From positions 1 to 64,000 of the forward strand of contig JBBQRQ010000012.1 in the NCBI GenBank assembly GCA_038214755.1: a DNA stretch of 64,000 nucleotides, written 5' to 3'. The notes beneath the pieces are model-generated. The model was not told the DNA's origin, searched no databases, and worked only from the letters and a program-made list of their open reading frames with translations. The first letter of the stretch is position 1. The number at the start of each line of letters is the position of its first letter. Shown one piece after another: positions 61,519-64,000 of this stretch. Both the position numbers and the translations under genes were made by a program. Origin of the DNA: Verrucomicrobiota bacterium. Lineage in GTDB: Bacteria; Verrucomicrobiota; Verrucomicrobiia; Limisphaerales; CANJXF01.

Positions 61519-62472
61519 CACGTCATTTCTCATCCCCTCCATCACCACGCGGGCGACAGTGGAAATTATTTCGCGTTCGTTGGCGTGATTGACGGTGAAG
61601 GTGACGAGGACAAATTTTTCGCCGCTCGGCAACTTGATGTAGGCCGCGTCGTGGCGCGTCTCGCTGGTCCAACCGGCTTTCGACCAAAGTCTGGCTCCAG
61701 TCGGCAACGCGAGACCGGTGAATCCGTGCGCCTGGTCATCGGCGTTGGTGGATTTCGAAAACGGATCGCGCTTCAACAACTCCATCATTTCATCCGAGCG
61801 TTTTGCGGAAATGGATTTGCGCGTGACGATTTCCGTGAGCAATCGCGCCGTCGCATCGGTCGTGAGCCAATTGCGTTTGGGCGTGAACAGTTTGATCGCT
61901 TGCGTCTCGCGGCCATACGGACCGTCGCCCCACGGTTTTTTGTTCACGTTGATGTTGGTGTAGCCGAGCGACGTGAAGTAGCGGTTCACCGCGTTTCGTT
62001 TGTCATGCCATTCCTCGATCTCCGTCTGCGAAAGTTCCGGGCCGCTCGTCGTGCCGGTGAGCAGATCGACGATGTAATGCGTCGGTTCGTTGCCGGAATC
62101 GACGATCATGTCGCGCATGGCGCGGCGCAATTCCTCGGTGTCTTGAAGTTTGCCGTCTTCCATCCAGCGATGCGCGGCGACGAGGTAAAAAAGTTTGATG
62201 ACACTGGCCGGATAAATCTGTTCGCCGCCGCGATAGCTGGCTTGAACCGGTTTTTCTACGTCGTGCAAATCAATCAGCGTCACGGCGAGTTCGTTCGTGC
62301 CGAGTTTTTTGTCCGTGAACTTTTTCCACGCGGTTTGAACAGCGGAATCAACGACGCTTTGCAATTTCTCGGAATGCGCGGGATTCCAGGAACTCTTCGG
62401 TTCGGCCTGGACGGTTTTCGTGAACACGAGGGAAGTTAATAATAAAGTCAGGAGGAAATGGGGAGTGCGCAT
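61507..62472 (-). CDS. Serine hydrolase, class A beta-lactamase-like
   Basis: Signal peptide; ASVIK, SGN and KAG motifs. Confidence 0.88.
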   Translation of the reverse strand: MRTPHFLLTLLLTSLVFTKTVQAEPKSSWNPAHSEKLQSVVDSAVQTAWKKFTDKKLGTNELAVTLIDLHDVEKPVQASYRGGEQIYPASVIKLFYLVAAHRWMEDGKLQDTEELRRAMRDMIVDSGNEPTHYIVDLLTGTTSGPELSQTEIEEWHDKRNAVNRYFTSLGYTNINVNKKPWGDGPYGRETQAIKLFTPKRNWLTTDATARLLTEIVTRKSISAKRSDEMMELLKRDPFSKSTNADDQAHGFTGLALPTGARLWSKAGWTSETRHDAAYIKLPSGEKFVLVTFTVNHANEREIISTVARVVMEGMRNDVSGR

Positions 62473-62489
62473 TTGGAATTATTTGAAGT

Positions 62490-62802
62490 TCATTGCCCGT
62501 GGCTGACTCTCACAATTTTGCCATCACCTTTCGCAATTTCTGCAATCGCCACGCCGCCCAAACCAGTGCCGTGAAATGTACCCTCGACAGTCCAAATGCC
62601 GTTTTTGAGAGATGTTCGATAAGGCAATATGCTCCTCGCCATAAATCGGCTCCCATACGGCGACAGCAACTCGCGTGGCGGTCTTGGCGTCAGGAACAAA
62701 ACCTTCCTTGGGCTTGGCAGAGTGCTTCTCAGTATCAGCGGCAAATGCAACCGCAATGGAGAAAGTTAAAATACAGATAGCAGTAAAAATTCGGCTTTTC
62801 AT
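62490..62802 (-). pseudogene. Secreted NTF2-fold (YbbC/YhhH-like) protein, frameshifted near 62625
   Basis: GFVPDAKTA...PIYGEEHI in one frame; PYRTSLKNGIWTVEG...GGVA..EI.K.DG..VSHG in another. Confidence 0.78.
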
Positions 62803-62867
62803 ACGCGTTTGTTGTGTTGTTTGTTGAACGCTAAATCCCATTTCTCCACCCGTCTAGAATGCTTTTT

Positions 62868-63452
62868 TCAAGTCGTTTTCCCTCGTTTCAAAAACCGCAT
62901 CACCGTATCGCCGTGCTTGAGCATCTTGGTTTCTTCCCAGATTTTCGGCAAGGCCAGCGTGTCGCGTTTGGTGTGGCCCAAAATAAACAGGCCGTTTTCC
63001 GCGAGCAATTGCGGAAGCGATTCGTCCTCGAGCATTTTCTGCGCGAAAGAAGTGGAGCGACGCCCGACATTTTTTTCGCCGTAAGGAGGATCGGCGAGGA
63101 TGAGATTAAATTTTTCGCCCGCCGCCGTGAGTTGCGCGAGTCCGATGAACGCGTCCTGCACGCGAATCTGCATTTGCGCCGGAGAAAAATTCGCTGCATC
63201 GAGATTTTCGCGAATGAACTGCGCGTGTTTGCCGGATTTTTCGATGCAATGCGCCTGCGTCGCCCCGCGACTCAAACATTCCAAACTCAGAGCGCCCGTT
63301 CCGGCAAACACTTCCAAAACTTTCGCGCCAACGACGCGTTGGCCAAGGCTGTTGAAAATCGCCTGCCGCACCAAATCGGGCGTGGGCCGAACATCAAAAC
63401 CTTTCGGCACTTTCAGAATCGTTCCCGCCGCTGTTCCGCCAATGATGCGCAT
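62868..63452 (-). CDS. rsmD: 16S rRNA m2G966 methyltransferase RsmD family
   Basis: MRIIGG, RPT, FAGTGALSLECLSRGA, DPPY. Confidence 0.92.
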   Translation of the reverse strand: MRIIGGTAAGTILKVPKGFDVRPTPDLVRQAIFNSLGQRVVGAKVLEVFAGTGALSLECLSRGATQAHCIEKSGKHAQFIRENLDAANFSPAQMQIRVQDAFIGLAQLTAAGEKFNLILADPPYGEKNVGRRSTSFAQKMLEDESLPQLLAENGLFILGHTKRDTLALPKIWEETKMLKHGDTVMRFLKRGKTT

Positions 63453-63467
63453 GATTATTTAAAGCAT

Positions 63468-63584
63468 GGGAGCGCACGCGTCTCGCGTGCAGGTTCGGGC
63501 GTCGCGCCCGAACCTTCGTTGCACAAACTTCTTCGGTTGATTACGAACAGATAAAGTCAGCGGAACGAAGTTTTCGGCGCTCCC
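63468..63584. repeat. GGGAGCGC...GCGCTCCC palindromic element, right arm partly deleted
   Basis: Inverted homolog of 23851-23988. Confidence 0.8.
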
Positions 63585-63608
63585 CATTCGCAGAATTATG
63601 GCGAAACT

Positions 63609-64000
63609 TCATTTGAGTTTGAATGGCTCGGTGCCTTCGCTGAGGATTTTGAGATGCGGTTCGTAGGCGAATAATTGATTGCGCTGTCGTCCTGAAATTT
63701 CGCGGACAATCTTAAGTTCCTGCATGCGGCTGAGAGCTGTCTTGACGGTTTGAAAACTTAAATCCAAAGAGGCGGATGCTTTGGAAATCGAAGTAATCGG
63801 ATTGGCTTGCAGAAAATAATGCACGCGTAGAACCGAGCCTGCGGCCAGTCCCAGTTTTTGGATGCGTTGCTGGTCTTTCTTAAACAGATCCAACAAGCGT
63901 TTTGAAGTTTGCACAACTTGAGCGGCGGTTTCGTGAATGCCAGTTAAAAAAAATCGAATCCAATTTTCCCAATCGCCCTTCAAGCGAACCTCCTGCAATA
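63609..64000 (-). CDS. Fic-family protein, C-terminal part (runs off the window)
   Basis: VRLKGDWENWIRFFL and a winged-HTH C-terminus (REISGRQRNQLFAY); catalytic motif lies outside the window. Confidence 0.8.
   Translation of the reverse strand, partial: LQEVRLKGDWENWIRFFLTGIHETAAQVVQTSKRLLDLFKKDQQRIQKLGLAAGSVLRVHYFLQANPITSISKASASLDLSFQTVKTALSRMQELKIVREISGRQRNQLFAYEPHLKILSEGTEPFKLK

Overview
This window is bacterial chromosome, most likely Verrucomicrobiota (inferred from gene content and protein style). Housekeeping genes are atpD/atpC, ilvE, mcsA-mcsB-clpC, rarA, 5-formyl-THF cyclo-ligase, rny, a DciA-like gene and rsmD. Accessory loci include secreted multidomain proteins, an ECF sigma/Ser-Thr kinase locus, a TetR-controlled ABC/TolC efflux operon, and a 13-kb operon with three SPFH (HflK/C-like) proteins, a P1B-ATPase and an ABC system but no FtsH. 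Intergenic DNA is dense with several families of palindromic REP/REPIN-like elements. The main observations are: (1) two MITE-like families with 14-16 bp TIRs and TAA duplications that wrap different palindromic cargo and may bracket a toxin-antitoxin pair; (2) a vapBC pair lying between the arms of a nested palindromic element; (3) palindromes translated in-frame inside TolC, a lipoprotein and the P-type ATPase; (4) a TGTAAC-N15-CTTTWGAA motif upstream of three genes next to the ECF sigma; (5) a GH42 lacking its acid/base Glu; and (6) three frameshifted genes. I could not support any rRNA, tRNA or CRISPR array. All family calls come from motif recognition by eye, with no database searches.
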